The notes: generated by a model not told the origin, from the sequence alone. 64,000 bases of DNA from Chthoniobacterales bacterium (GCA_038207335.1 JBBQZX010000003.1:96001-160000), one strand, 5' to 3'. Shown: positions 37,973-48,140, numbered from the stretch's first letter. Numbers and translations are program-made.

Positions 37973-38893
37973 CTACTTCGCGGGTGCGAGCAGCTCGTTC
38001 AACACACGTGCGACGCGGTATCCGGCGAGGGCGATTTGGCGCTCGGCGATGTCGCGGGCGACGTGCGCAAATTCCGGCGTCAGCGTGATGACGTGCGTGT
38101 TGTCGCTCGGGTCGGCGTCGGCGGGATACGCGGATTTGCAACCGATCGCGTGGCTCTCGCGAGCCCACGATTCCGGCGTCTGGTCTTTCGCCAAATCGGG
38201 CAGCGACTCCGCCGGAAAACGCGCCGCGATTTTCGCCGCCTCAATCGCGATGATCCCTTCTCCCGGTGCGCTCGGACGCTCCACTTCATACGGCGCTTCC
38301 CATTCCTGACCGATGCGGCCGTCTCGTAAATCGAAGCGATACGACTTGTCCCAAAACGCGTGAAGATTCGGAATCGTGCCCGGCCAGAGGTCGGTGAAAG
38401 GCACGCCGTGAATCAGCACGCCATTGCCGCCGCGGTCGTCGCGATCGGTTGCGTGCAGCGGCTGATGCACGTCGCCGATGAGATGCATGAGCATGGCCAG
38501 CGCCTGCGAATCATCTGCCACGGCTGATTCGCGGCTCTTCAGCTTTTCCATCGCCTGCCCGATCGCCCACACGACATTCGGCGGTTCGGGTATCTCGACC
38601 GGCGTCGCGGCGTCGGAGCAGGGGAGCGTGACGTAGTGCCATTTCGCCCACGCGTAGCCTTTTTTCGAGCGCATGTCGTCCATCCACGCCCCGGCGGTGA
38701 CAAAGTTGTAGGGCTTGTGCTGGTTGTAGCTGTCGTCGAGTTGCGGCAGCAGCGCGGCGACCCGCTCGCGCACCTCCGGCTTCAAGTGCTCCCACGCGAT
38801 TTGATCGACGAGCATGTGCCCGGCGGCGTCCCAAGCGTGCGAGGTGGCGGTGAGAAAAAGCGCGACGAGCGCGACGAAGCGAGTGCGGTTCAT
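37973..38893 (-). CDS. Secreted S1/P1 nuclease
   Basis: Signal peptide then W..AGH; WMDD, WHY, HLIGDVHQPLH, DRGGN and NLHAFWD. Confidence 0.9.
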   Translation of the reverse strand: MNRTRFVALVALFLTATSHAWDAAGHMLVDQIAWEHLKPEVRERVAALLPQLDDSYNQHKPYNFVTAGAWMDDMRSKKGYAWAKWHYVTLPCSDAATPVEIPEPPNVVWAIGQAMEKLKSRESAVADDSQALAMLMHLIGDVHQPLHATDRDDRGGNGVLIHGVPFTDLWPGTIPNLHAFWDKSYRFDLRDGRIGQEWEAPYEVERPSAPGEGIIAIEAAKIAARFPAESLPDLAKDQTPESWARESHAIGCKSAYPADADPSDNTHVITLTPEFAHVARDIAERQIALAGYRVARVLNELLAPAK

Positions 38894-40365
38894 AGTTTGC
38901 GAATTTTGATCCCACGGAGCGCCGCGCGTGTGCGATACGCGGCGATGCCGAAGGGCGCGGACAGCTCGATCTCGCCGTGCCGCAGCGTGACTTTGCTGCC
39001 GGAAATATCAACGTTCACGACCTGCTCGTCGCCGATCCAAGCCGCGAGTTTTCCCGGCGTTACGCGCAGCCGGATGCGATACCATTTTCCACTCTCGAAG
39101 CGCATCGTCTGCGTCGTGGAATTCTCCGACGCGTCCTCCCCGTCGATGCTCGAGATGCCGACGAGCGCGCCGCCCCAGCCGCCGACCACCAGCGTGCAGT
39201 GCGAGTCGCCGACCGGCACCGTGAGCCCGCAGAAAAAGTCGCTGCCTTCGACACGCTTCGCCTCCAACTCGACTTCGTAATTCGTTTTCGGCGTCTCGCC
39301 CCTGTAATTCACCCCAGTCAGATCGTTACCCGGCTCAAGCACGATCGCGCCATTTTCCACAGCCACATCTCCCGCGCCGGAGAACCCCGTCGCCATCCAT
39401 CCAGTCAGCGTTTTTCCATCGAAAAGCTCCTCGGATTTCGTCGAACCGGGCGCGTTGAAAACCTCGCGCAATTGCGCGAGAATCGGCGGCACCGCAGTCC
39501 ACGGATCGGGCTTGGATTCATACTCGAGCGCCACCCAGCCCTGATAATTCGCTTCGCGCAAAATCTGCGCGATGCGCGCGTAATCCGTCGGCTGCTCCTC
39601 CGCCGCGCCCGCCGGTTTGATCACCGGCTTGATCTGCACATTCACCGCAAACGGTGCGCACTCCGCGAGCGACGCATACGGATCGGCCGTGTGAAAATTC
39701 CCCGTGTCGAGATTGATCCCAAACCACGGACTCTTCACCGCCCTCACGATTTCCAGCAGTACCGCAGGCTCCGCCACGATGCCGCCGTGGTTTTCCAGCC
39801 CGAGGAAAATGCCCCGCGAACCCGCATAGGCACAGCATTCCTCGATCGCCTCGACGCAAAGTTTCACCGCCTCGTCGTGCGCCGTTTCTTTCGGTGGCGC
39901 TCCCGCAAAAATCCGAATGTGTGGCGCGCCGAGCGTCGCCGCATAGCCGATCCACGTCTTCACCGAAGCGATCTCTTTGTCCCGCGCCTCGCCTTTCGGC
40001 AGCGCGAAATTATTCCCTACCGACGTCCCGCTGATCTCCACTCCGCGCAGAAACGCGTGCCGCCGCACCTCGCGCAGATACTCCTCCGTGAGCTCTTTAG
40101 GAAAGTAGTAGCTCGTGAGCTCCGCGCCCGCGCAGCCTTGATCCGCGCAGTAGTCGATGAAATCGAGAATGTCGATCTGCCGTTCAGCCGCCGCTTGCCG
40201 CGGACGATTCGAGTCCTTGAAAAAATCGCGAAACGAATACGCCGCGAGACTAAGGTTGAGGCGGGCAGCGCCGCCGCGTTTGAAGGGCTCGATCGCGAGC
40301 GCTCGCGACGCGATGAGCGCGCCACCGGTGAGCCGAATGAAATGCCTGCGGGAGAAGGGAATCAT
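38890..40365 (-). CDS. Tat-exported sugar-phosphate isomerase/epimerase (TIM barrel) fused to DUF1080 domain
   Basis: SRRHF; LSLAAYSF, LENHGG, LDTGN, Y.G.VALEYE; C-terminal LFDGKTLTGW...LRGIKIRKL. Confidence 0.82.
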   Translation of the reverse strand: MIPFSRRHFIRLTGGALIASRALAIEPFKRGGAARLNLSLAAYSFRDFFKDSNRPRQAAAERQIDILDFIDYCADQGCAGAELTSYYFPKELTEEYLREVRRHAFLRGVEISGTSVGNNFALPKGEARDKEIASVKTWIGYAATLGAPHIRIFAGAPPKETAHDEAVKLCVEAIEECCAYAGSRGIFLGLENHGGIVAEPAVLLEIVRAVKSPWFGINLDTGNFHTADPYASLAECAPFAVNVQIKPVIKPAGAAEEQPTDYARIAQILREANYQGWVALEYESKPDPWTAVPPILAQLREVFNAPGSTKSEELFDGKTLTGWMATGFSGAGDVAVENGAIVLEPGNDLTGVNYRGETPKTNYEVELEAKRVEGSDFFCGLTVPVGDSHCTLVVGGWGGALVGISSIDGEDASENSTTQTMRFESGKWYRIRLRVTPGKLAAWIGDEQVVNVDISGSKVTLRHGEIELSAPFGIAAYRTRAALRGIKIRKL

Positions 40366-40421
40366 CGCGGCATCTTGCGAAGCCCCGCGCCATGTGCAAT
40401 CGCGAAACCCGCCCGCGACGT

Positions 40422-43400
40422 TCACCGATCGACCGTGATGCTCAGCGCTTCGATCGACACGTTGCTCGCGTTGTTGTCGAGCCCTTGCATCATCGGGACG
40501 AAGAGCAATTCATCGCCCGCCGCGAGATCGACTTCGGCCTTCAATTCAACCGGCGAGCCATCGCGCGGCAGCGAGAACCAGGTGATCTCCGCCGCGCGTT
40601 GCGTGTCCCTTTTCCGGAGCGAAAGCGGGATGCTTTTTGCATTTCCTTCCCACGGCTTGCTGCGCGCACTGCCCGCGACTTTGTAACGCCCTGCGTTCGG
40701 CGCGATGAACGCGAGCGCCGGGATTTTCGGGAAGTTGAACTCGTTCCCGCCCCACGAACCGAGCGCTGCGAGATTCACCTTTCCATCCTCCACGCGTGCG
40801 CTCGGATGCCCGCCCTGCGAATGATCCGGCGCGGTCCAGACCGTGCCGTTCCAGACCATCGGCGAGTAGTTCGACGTGAGATTCGCGTCGCCCGGGTAGA
40901 GCCGGTCGAGCCGCCAAATCGGCTGCCCGTCCGCCGCTGCCGGATTCCCGGCGGCGTTCCCTTTCTCCCGCCCCTCCCACGCCGCAGGCAGTCTGTAGCC
41001 TTGATTCGCGGGCGGTGCAGTCGCGTCGCTGAGCGAAAGTGAGAAGTCCTTCAGCTTCAAATCGCCGCCCGCAAACATCCCGTCGATCTGCGGCAGCAGC
41101 GTCAGTTCGTCCCCAGCCGTCAGCTCCACGCTCCGGCCTTCCAGCGACGTCTCGGCATTGTTGGCGACCGTCACATCCACCACCTTTTCCACCATGCCTC
41201 CCGCGCGCTTCAGCAAATGCAGGGTCGTGTTATTTTTGCTGTCCCACATGCGCGCCGCCGCCGCGCCGTGCAGCGCGTAGGTGCCATCGCGCGGCGCGAT
41301 GAACGTCAGCCCCGCGGTGCGAAGATGTCGGTCATTCCCCGGCCCATGCGGAGCGCGCGTGCCAAAGGTCAGCGCGCCGTCTTTGAGTCCCGCGCCCGGC
41401 TGCCCGCCGAAGCCGCCGTCCTTCACATTCCAGTCCGTCCCCGTCCACGTCATCGCACGGAAATTTCCCGGCTTCTTCCAGTCGTCGGGCCACAATTGCT
41501 CCAGCTTCCACACCGGCTTCCCGTCCGCCATCGCCACGCTCCCCTCGCTTTCGCCCTTCGCTTTTCCCTCCCACACCGGCGGAAGCTTCCACACCGGAGC
41601 GGCTCCGCGTGCGGCCTGCGTCACAAAGCTCGCGTGCTTCCGATCCAGCGCCTCCATCGCTGCCAGCATCGCCTTTCCCGCCGTCTTCGCGCTCGTGTAG
41701 AGCAGCACCGGACGCCCCGTTTTCGACAGCACGATCCGTTTCGGAGCTGCGCTCGCATTTCCCATGATGTCCTCCGAGATCCACGCCGCGCCCATCGGCG
41801 GCAACTCCACCGCCGCGTCCCCTTTCGCGTCACGATCCGCGTACGCGATCACCACGCCGCGCCCATTTCGCAGATCCTGAAAAATCGCGAGATTCGCCCC
41901 CGGCGGCCGCACGAACCCGACCTCGTCGCTCTCGCCGATGTGGTGATTCAGCACATTCCACATCCCCACCAGCGGATTCGGATAACCATACCAGTCCCAC
42001 AGCATCTGCCCCGGCCCGCTGTAATCCCAAAAACTCTGCCCGTGATCCTCGTACGCGATGTGGAAAAGCACCGTCTTCTCCTGCCCCGAGATCGTCATTT
42101 CCGCCACACTGTCCGCTTGCTCGTTCGTGCTCTGCGCCGCCGTCAGGTGCGTGCACGCGATCGGCTCATCGACCGCGGTATTGGTAAAAGCCCACCCTTC
42201 ATTGAACCACAGCTCCACGTTCTTTCCGCCCGCCTCGTCCATGTTCTGCCGCATCCGCCGGATCGCCTGCGCATCCGCGAGCCAGCCCGCGTGGTAGTCG
42301 TGCCACGACATCACATCGATGAATTTCAGCCCGCCCGCGCGGAAAAAGAACCCGTTCACCGGGCTCGGAATCCCATACACGTTGTTCACCATGATCGGCT
42401 TTTTCGGCGCGTATTTCCGCAGCATGCGCGCGGTGCGAATCGTGAACTTCGCGTAAACCTCGCCCAGCTTCGCATCCAGCCACCGGTCGAATTCCGGCTC
42501 ATTCTCGATCTCGAAAATGATCGACTGTCCCGCGTAATGCTCCGCCGACGCGCGCACGAATTTATCCCAGACCGTCTCCGTCCCGAGATCGTCCCAGCGC
42601 GGATCCTCCGCCGCCCAGCGCATGTCCGTCGGGAGTGGACTTCCCTTTTCCATGATCCACTTTGGCGGCGGGTAAAGGACGAGGTGCGATGAAATCCCGT
42701 GCGACTCATTGCGGTCGAGCGCCTTGTCCTCCCAGTGAAAATCCCACGTCTTCACATCCTCGAGATTCGCCGGCTTCACGGGCAGATGATCCTCCCCATT
42801 CGCGTGCGGCTGCCACCGCGCCCAGCCGAACCCGATCAACTGCATCTTCTCGATCACCCCCAATCCGCCCGCAAACGACGCGCCGAAACGCTCGCGGAAA
42901 TCCGGCTTCGTCGCCGCCATCGGGTAGGGGATTGAGGTTAGGGGAAAGTCCGACCTGTCGATCTCCGCGCCCTTTTCATCCAGCGCCGAGAGCCGTGCAA
43001 AAACCAGCCCCGTCCGCGTCAGGGGCAGCGACGTCTTCGCCGCGAACGTCTTCCCCGGCGCAATCGTCACCTTCGCATCCACCGGTGCCGTCACAGCCTG
43101 CACGCCTTCATAATCCACGAGCTGCCACCGCACCGTCACCGTCCGCGGCTCGCTCCCCGGATTCGACACATGCGCCGCCATCTCTGCCGTCGCGCCTTTC
43201 TTAAAAGCATTGCCCCACGCGCTCTCCCATCCGCTCAGATTCGTGCAGTCCGCCACCACCTCCACCGCGCGCCGCGGCACATAAGCCGGCGTCCCCTCGC
43301 TCCCCACCGTCACCGTCACCCCATCGACTAGGATCGGCCGATCGTAGCCGCCGATCTGCACGAGGTAGTGCGGGAACGGCCAAAAGCCATCCGCCGGCAC

Positions 43401-43802
43401 ATCCGCCTTCCACGTAAACGACACTCGCTTCCACTCCGTCCCGATCTCCGCGCTCTGCTCCGCCTCGCGCTGCCAGAGCCGGTGCGCCTTCGTCCCCACC
43501 TCCCGCGCGCTCGGCGGCATCTGCACCCCCACGCGTCCCGGCGCCTCGCCTTTCACGAAAAAGGACACCGTCATCGGCTCCCCGCGCACTGCGACGAAAG
43601 GCGCGCTCATCACATTCCCCTTCGCGATCCGCAGCGCGTATTCACCGACGGCCGCATCCTTCACGAGCGTGTCATTTTTCGCATCGATCTGATGCCAATA
43701 CAGCAGCCCCCCCTCAAACGACCCATTCCGCAAAACATTCTCCGGCCCCGCAAAAGCAGAAGAGGCAAACACAACAGCAGCAAAGAAAGAGGATCGAAAC
43801 AT
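40422..43802 (-). CDS. Large secreted putative glycoside hydrolase (clan GH-A-like) with N-terminal CBM-like and two C-terminal repeat domains
   Basis: Signal peptide; NVLRNGSFE (CBM4/9-like); FEIENEP (acid/base), DVMSWHDY, LWFNEG (nucleophile). Confidence 0.65.
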   Translation of the reverse strand: MFRSSFFAAVVFASSAFAGPENVLRNGSFEGGLLYWHQIDAKNDTLVKDAAVGEYALRIAKGNVMSAPFVAVRGEPMTVSFFVKGEAPGRVGVQMPPSAREVGTKAHRLWQREAEQSAEIGTEWKRVSFTWKADVPADGFWPFPHYLVQIGGYDRPILVDGVTVTVGSEGTPAYVPRRAVEVVADCTNLSGWESAWGNAFKKGATAEMAAHVSNPGSEPRTVTVRWQLVDYEGVQAVTAPVDAKVTIAPGKTFAAKTSLPLTRTGLVFARLSALDEKGAEIDRSDFPLTSIPYPMAATKPDFRERFGASFAGGLGVIEKMQLIGFGWARWQPHANGEDHLPVKPANLEDVKTWDFHWEDKALDRNESHGISSHLVLYPPPKWIMEKGSPLPTDMRWAAEDPRWDDLGTETVWDKFVRASAEHYAGQSIIFEIENEPEFDRWLDAKLGEVYAKFTIRTARMLRKYAPKKPIMVNNVYGIPSPVNGFFFRAGGLKFIDVMSWHDYHAGWLADAQAIRRMRQNMDEAGGKNVELWFNEGWAFTNTAVDEPIACTHLTAAQSTNEQADSVAEMTISGQEKTVLFHIAYEDHGQSFWDYSGPGQMLWDWYGYPNPLVGMWNVLNHHIGESDEVGFVRPPGANLAIFQDLRNGRGVVIAYADRDAKGDAAVELPPMGAAWISEDIMGNASAAPKRIVLSKTGRPVLLYTSAKTAGKAMLAAMEALDRKHASFVTQAARGAAPVWKLPPVWEGKAKGESEGSVAMADGKPVWKLEQLWPDDWKKPGNFRAMTWTGTDWNVKDGGFGGQPGAGLKDGALTFGTRAPHGPGNDRHLRTAGLTFIAPRDGTYALHGAAAARMWDSKNNTTLHLLKRAGGMVEKVVDVTVANNAETSLEGRSVELTAGDELTLLPQIDGMFAGGDLKLKDFSLSLSDATAPPANQGYRLPAAWEGREKGNAAGNPAAADGQPIWRLDRLYPGDANLTSNYSPMVWNGTVWTAPDHSQGGHPSARVEDGKVNLAALGSWGGNEFNFPKIPALAFIAPNAGRYKVAGSARSKPWEGNAKSIPLSLRKRDTQRAAEITWFSLPRDGSPVELKAEVDLAAGDELLFVPMMQGLDNNASNVSIEALSITVDR

Positions 43803-44283
43803 AGCCCTGCATAACCATTGGCCTCTCCCTTCCGTAACCATTTTTTCCCTCCCGTAAAATCGCGCCTCAAACGCGCAGATCGGATCGAGTAAAGCTCGAG
43901 TCTCGTGCTACATATTCATAATCCCATCGGCAAAAAATGCCGGTGCCTTTTCGTCGCTGCCAAACGGCATTCGCAAAAATGCGTATCGGGGATTGCCACC
44001 CCCTGCTTAACGTGATACCCCCGATCACAGTTGTGTTCTGCACTGCACCCGTTGCCAGAACCGCCGGGTGACCTGCGATCACCCATCGCAGCGGCGCGCG
44101 ATCTTTCCACCCGCTTCCGCAAAGTGCGCAGTTTCCGGTTGACAACCTGCGCACCTCTGTGCAAATCCGCGCCCATCTCACCCGCGTCCGTGCAAGCGGC
44201 AGGCAGCACGGAGCGGAGTGCGACGCCACCGATTTTACCATGCGAAAGCAAGTAACAGCGCGGAGTGCAGCCCCGATGGCACG

Positions 44284-44610
44284 ATGATCCCCCGACGATG
44301 CGTCACGCGTGCGCTTCTCATCTTTTCCGCCTTCTGCGCCGGCTGCACATGGCACGCTTCCGATGGCTCGCGCCGCACTCTCATAGTCGGAATCGGCGTG
44401 CTGAAAGAGCAGGGGACGCCCGGTCAGGCCACGGTCTCCACCTCCACAACGCTCGGCCTCGCCGCGCAACTCGACACTCCGCGTTCTGGCCTCGCGCTCG
44501 GCTTTGCCAACTCCGTCACCACACGCATCCCCGCCGCCTGGAACGGCACCCTTCACATCGACCGCCAAAGCATCACCGCCAACCCCACGGCCCCACGCAC
44601 CCAGCCATGA
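44284..44610 (+). CDS. Small putative lipoprotein
   Basis: ALLIFSAFCAGC lipobox-like; beta-rich; ATGA overlap with next gene. Confidence 0.55.
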   Translation: MIPRRCVTRALLIFSAFCAGCTWHASDGSRRTLIVGIGVLKEQGTPGQATVSTSTTLGLAAQLDTPRSGLALGFANSVTTRIPAAWNGTLHIDRQSITANPTAPRTQP

Positions 44611-45368
44611 CACTCCGAACATTCCTCTTCTCCATCCTCCTCGCAGCGTTCTCAGCGGGCTGCGCCACGAATGGCTACATCACTAGCGGAGTGGCCACCG
44701 TCGTCGGCCTCGACGTGAGCGAAAACCCGAAGACGCAAATCCCGCATGTGAAATTCGGATACGCCCGCACCGGGCTTTACTACGTGCCGACGGGCAAGAC
44801 GGCTTATGGCGACCCGCGCCGGCAGGGCAGCGGCGATGCCGCGTCGAATCACGACTCAGTGAAGGACACGCCGAATGTCGTCAGCGAGATTTTCGTCCAC
44901 TCGAAATTTCTGTCCGAGGTCACGATCTCGGAGAAATTCGCGATCGGCGATGCGGCGGTGAAAAGCGACGCGGCGGTGACGAATTTCGCAAACGTCGCCC
45001 CGCAGCAGGTCGCATCCGGGGGCGGCGCGGTGACCGCCCCCGTGCGGATGGTTGTGACGCCCTCGCGCGAGCAGCGGCGGCAATTCGGAGCGGAAGACGC
45101 ACAATCACGCATCGACGATGCCACGCAGGAGAAGGCTGTGAGGAAGTTGCGTCTCGACACGAACGCCGCGTATCAGGCGCTGCCTCAAAGCGTGAAAGAC
45201 GAACCCGACTTCTACGTCGATGCCGTCAATGCGCTCCACCTCGGCGGCACGCCGGTGCAGAGCGCGAGCGAGGCGGAATATCTCAAGGCCTTCGACAAGG
45301 AACGATCGCCGGAAAATCTTCGCAACCTCCGCACCTTCCTCGACTCGAAAAAACCCAAGCAACGCTGA
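44607..45368 (+). CDS. Putative lipoprotein
   Basis: MTLRTFLFSILLAAFSAGC lipobox. Confidence 0.72.
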   Translation: MTLRTFLFSILLAAFSAGCATNGYITSGVATVVGLDVSENPKTQIPHVKFGYARTGLYYVPTGKTAYGDPRRQGSGDAASNHDSVKDTPNVVSEIFVHSKFLSEVTISEKFAIGDAAVKSDAAVTNFANVAPQQVASGGGAVTAPVRMVVTPSREQRRQFGAEDAQSRIDDATQEKAVRKLRLDTNAAYQALPQSVKDEPDFYVDAVNALHLGGTPVQSASEAEYLKAFDKERSPENLRNLRTFLDSKKPKQR

Positions 45369-45392
45369 CGCCCAACGCAACCCTTCCTCAAA

Positions 45393-46754
45393 ATGAACCC
45401 GCTCATCGAAACTGCCGTACTCGTGGAAGAAGAATGCACCTCGCGCGAGGTGCTCGCAAAGTCTCTCAACGAACTCCAGCAAACGAACCGCGAAATAGTT
45501 GCCTTCGGGCTCGGGCAATCGACCAAAGGAGACTTCAACGTCTATGACTACATCATCAACGGCAAGGCTCCGAAGCTCGGGGAAATTCTCGTCTTTCCCA
45601 TCGCCGCCGCCACCGCGGAGGCCGAGTTGCGCCGCATTCTCGCCGACCACACTATCATCTCCTACACCGAGGCCCTGATCGGTGGAAAAGTCGAGGACAT
45701 CCTCGTCGCGCGTGCTGGGGCGACTCTGAAGCTCACCGGCACCATGTCCACCTTCGGCGGCCCCACGGACACCGGCATGAAGCCGAATGAAGGCCTCGCG
45801 ATCGTGCGCGATTCCGACCTAGCGGCCGCGGAAATCGCCGCGCTCTTCATCGACCCCAAGCGTGGCGCAAAAGGGCGCAACTTGAAAAACGATGCAGCTC
45901 GCTACATCGCGTGCCGCTGGGTCTATAGCCAGACTCCGCGCGAATTCCTCCTCCGCACACTCGTCACCGTGCGCAATCCCGCCAGCGGCGTTTCGTTCCA
46001 AGCGCGCCCGGTCGATTGGGGTCCGTCGAAGACAACGGGCCGCGTCGCCGACCTTTCCGACAAACTCGCCGCCGACCTCGGTCTACACACCGACCAAGAG
46101 TGCGAAGTCTTCGTCCCGCTGCCGGGGCGTGTCGGCCTCGGCCTCGAGAAAATCGGCCGTGGCACCGACGCATTCCGGGACACGCTCGTCCGCGTGGCGC
46201 AGGGGCAGGCGGCGAAATATGAAGGCATCAACGAATCCAGCGAACCGCTGCGCTCGCGGATCAAAGGCTACTGGGACGAATGCAAAGGGGCGGGTTTCGC
46301 CAATTTCGACTTTGAAAATGTCGGCGTCGCATGGTCGGCCGCCTTCACCTCGTGGTGCATCCTCCAGGCGGGAGCAAGCGGAGCGGACTTCGCATTTTCA
46401 CCCAGACACTCCCACTACATTCGCAACGCCATCCAGCGCGCTCTGGCCAATCCCGCTGCCACATTCGTCGGCGTGCGGATTGAAGATTACGCGCCTCAGC
46501 CTGGCGACCTCATCCACATCAACCGTTCGAAGAGCGAGACTATCCAATACGACGACGCGGCGACCAGGGACAGCTACGAATCCCACTGTGCGATCGTCGT
46601 CGGCATCGGGAAAGACGAGCACGGCCCGTGCGCCTTTACCATCGGCGGTAACGAAAGCGACAGCGTCCGTACCCACCGAGTCGCGCTCCACGCCGACGGG
46701 AAAATCGTCCAAAAATCGCCCTTTCCCTACATCTGCGTTCTCCGCACGACGTGA
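45393..46754 (+). CDS. Putative peptidoglycan hydrolase: RlpA-like DPBB domain + DUF2272/CHAP-like domain
   Basis: STFGGP.D, VTVRNP..G....R.VDWGP...GRVADLS; AWSAAF.SW, PQPGDLI, SHC.IVV and TIGGNESDSV. Confidence 0.68.
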   Translation: MNPLIETAVLVEEECTSREVLAKSLNELQQTNREIVAFGLGQSTKGDFNVYDYIINGKAPKLGEILVFPIAAATAEAELRRILADHTIISYTEALIGGKVEDILVARAGATLKLTGTMSTFGGPTDTGMKPNEGLAIVRDSDLAAAEIAALFIDPKRGAKGRNLKNDAARYIACRWVYSQTPREFLLRTLVTVRNPASGVSFQARPVDWGPSKTTGRVADLSDKLAADLGLHTDQECEVFVPLPGRVGLGLEKIGRGTDAFRDTLVRVAQGQAAKYEGINESSEPLRSRIKGYWDECKGAGFANFDFENVGVAWSAAFTSWCILQAGASGADFAFSPRHSHYIRNAIQRALANPAATFVGVRIEDYAPQPGDLIHINRSKSETIQYDDAATRDSYESHCAIVVGIGKDEHGPCAFTIGGNESDSVRTHRVALHADGKIVQKSPFPYICVLRTT

Positions 46755-46762
46755 GGAAAATT

Positions 46763-46796
46763 TTGAAACGCGGGAGCGAGCTCCCGCGCTTCAAAG
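46763..46796. repeat. REP-like palindrome downstream of hydrolase operon
   Basis: TTGAAACGCGGGAGC-GA-GCTCCCGCGCTTCAA. Confidence 0.5.
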
Positions 46797-46854
46797 GCCA
46801 TCCCTCCACACATCAACGCCGCACCCGCTGCGCGACCTGCCGCGTCCTTTCACC

Positions 46855-46896
46855 CACAAAAACAAATTGCCGACCGGGCGGACCCGGTCGGCGATT
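46855..46896 (-). terminator. Rho-independent terminator after rplL
   Basis: AAATTGCCGACCGGG-cgga-CCCGGTCGGCGATTT hairpin followed by a T-rich tract on the minus strand. Confidence 0.78.
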
Positions 46897-46952
46897 TGAA
46901 GGAGACTCCAAACGGCGCGGAGGCCGGGCGGAGCATGAGTTGAAACGTCGAG

Positions 46953-47333
46953 TTACTTGATCTCGACCTTGGCGCCTGCCGCTTCGATCTTCTTCTTGAT
47001 CTCTTCGGCTTCTTCCTTGGTGATGCCCTCTTTGAGAGCCTTCGGAGCGCCTTCGACAAGGGCTTTCGCCTCCGCGAGACCGAGGCCGGCCACGCAAGCG
47101 CGGACTTCCTTGATGACGGAGATCTTGTTTGCGCCAGCTTCCTTGAGGATGACATCGAAGGACGTCTTCTCCTCGACAGGAGCGGCTGCGGCTCCACCAC
47201 CAGCGGGTGCGGCGGCTGCGACGGGTGCTGCGGCGCTGACGCCCCACTTGGTTTCGAGTGATTTCACGAGTTCAGCGACTTCGAGGACGGTGAGTCCGCT
47301 GAGCTGTTCGACGAGTGCGTTGGTATCTGCCAT
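46953..47333 (-). CDS. rplL: 50S ribosomal protein L7/L12
   Basis: [43 protein letters not shown] and GAKVEIK. Confidence 0.97.
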   Translation of the reverse strand: MADTNALVEQLSGLTVLEVAELVKSLETKWGVSAAAPVAAAAPAGGGAAAAPVEEKTSFDVILKEAGANKISVIKEVRACVAGLGLAEAKALVEGAPKALKEGITKEEAEEIKKKIEAAGAKVEIK

Positions 47334-47506
47334 ATATCTGCTTTTTTGCGGTATCGTCGCGACCCGAGGCTTCGGGCCATTTCAGCCGGGCAGCCGCCCA
47401 GCCGACGAGGAACCATTGGTTTTGGTTTTGGTTTTTGGTGCGAGAGCCAATCGCGGCGCTCGCGGAGGTTTCGCAGGTCGCCCGGCGAAAAGGGTTGGAT
47501 TGAAGG

Positions 47507-48121
47507 TTATGCTGCGGGAGGGGCTTCCGGCTCGGGCGCTGGTGCCGCGGCTTCGGGTGCCGGAGCTGCAGCTTCCGGCTCAGCAGCGGCTGCCTCTGAC
47601 GCGGGCGCTTCGCCGCCGCCTTGGTCGGCCTTAGCCTGGAGGACGCGAGCCAACGCGGAGGCGGGCTCGTTGAGGGTGCGGACGAGTTTGCTCGCCGGGG
47701 CTTGCAGGACACCGAGGAGGGTGGCCAGCAGGACTTCGCGCGACGGGAGGTCGGCGATGGCGTCGATTTGCTCGGTGGTGACGACCATGCGATCGACGAC
47801 TCCGGTGCGGACGGACGGCTTCTTGAACTCGGCGGTGAAGGTCTTGAGGACCTTTGCAGCCGCAGCAACGTCTTTGTCGCCGATGACGATGGCGTTTTGC
47901 CCGCGCAGCTCGCCGAGTTCCGGGTAGCCGGCTTCTTTTGCGGCGCGCTTGAGGAAGGTGTTTTTGACGACGTGGCAGCGGGCACCGACATCGGCGAGGC
48001 GGTTGCGCAGGTCGCTGAAGCGCGAAACGGTGAGGCCGGTGTAATCGGCGACGAAGAGGAACGGTGAGCCGTTCAGCTTCTGCTGGAGGTCTTCTACGAT
48101 GACGACTTTATCAGGGTGCAT
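47507..48121 (-). CDS. rplJ: 50S ribosomal protein L10 with acidic Ala/Pro C-terminal extension
   Basis: DYTGLTV, VVKNTF and LPSREVLLA.LLG.LQAP. Confidence 0.93.
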   Translation of the reverse strand: MHPDKVVIVEDLQQKLNGSPFLFVADYTGLTVSRFSDLRNRLADVGARCHVVKNTFLKRAAKEAGYPELGELRGQNAIVIGDKDVAAAAKVLKTFTAEFKKPSVRTGVVDRMVVTTEQIDAIADLPSREVLLATLLGVLQAPASKLVRTLNEPASALARVLQAKADQGGGEAPASEAAAAEPEAAAPAPEAAAPAPEPEAPPAA

Positions 48122-48140
48122 GTGCGTGTGTGGCTCCGGT

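Noticed and set aside
35903..38893. Helicase + nuclease pair as an anti-phage defence system (Gabija-like)
   Set aside because: The nuclease is a signal-peptide-bearing S1/P1 enzyme and the helicase is a full-length housekeeping-type UvrD/PcrA
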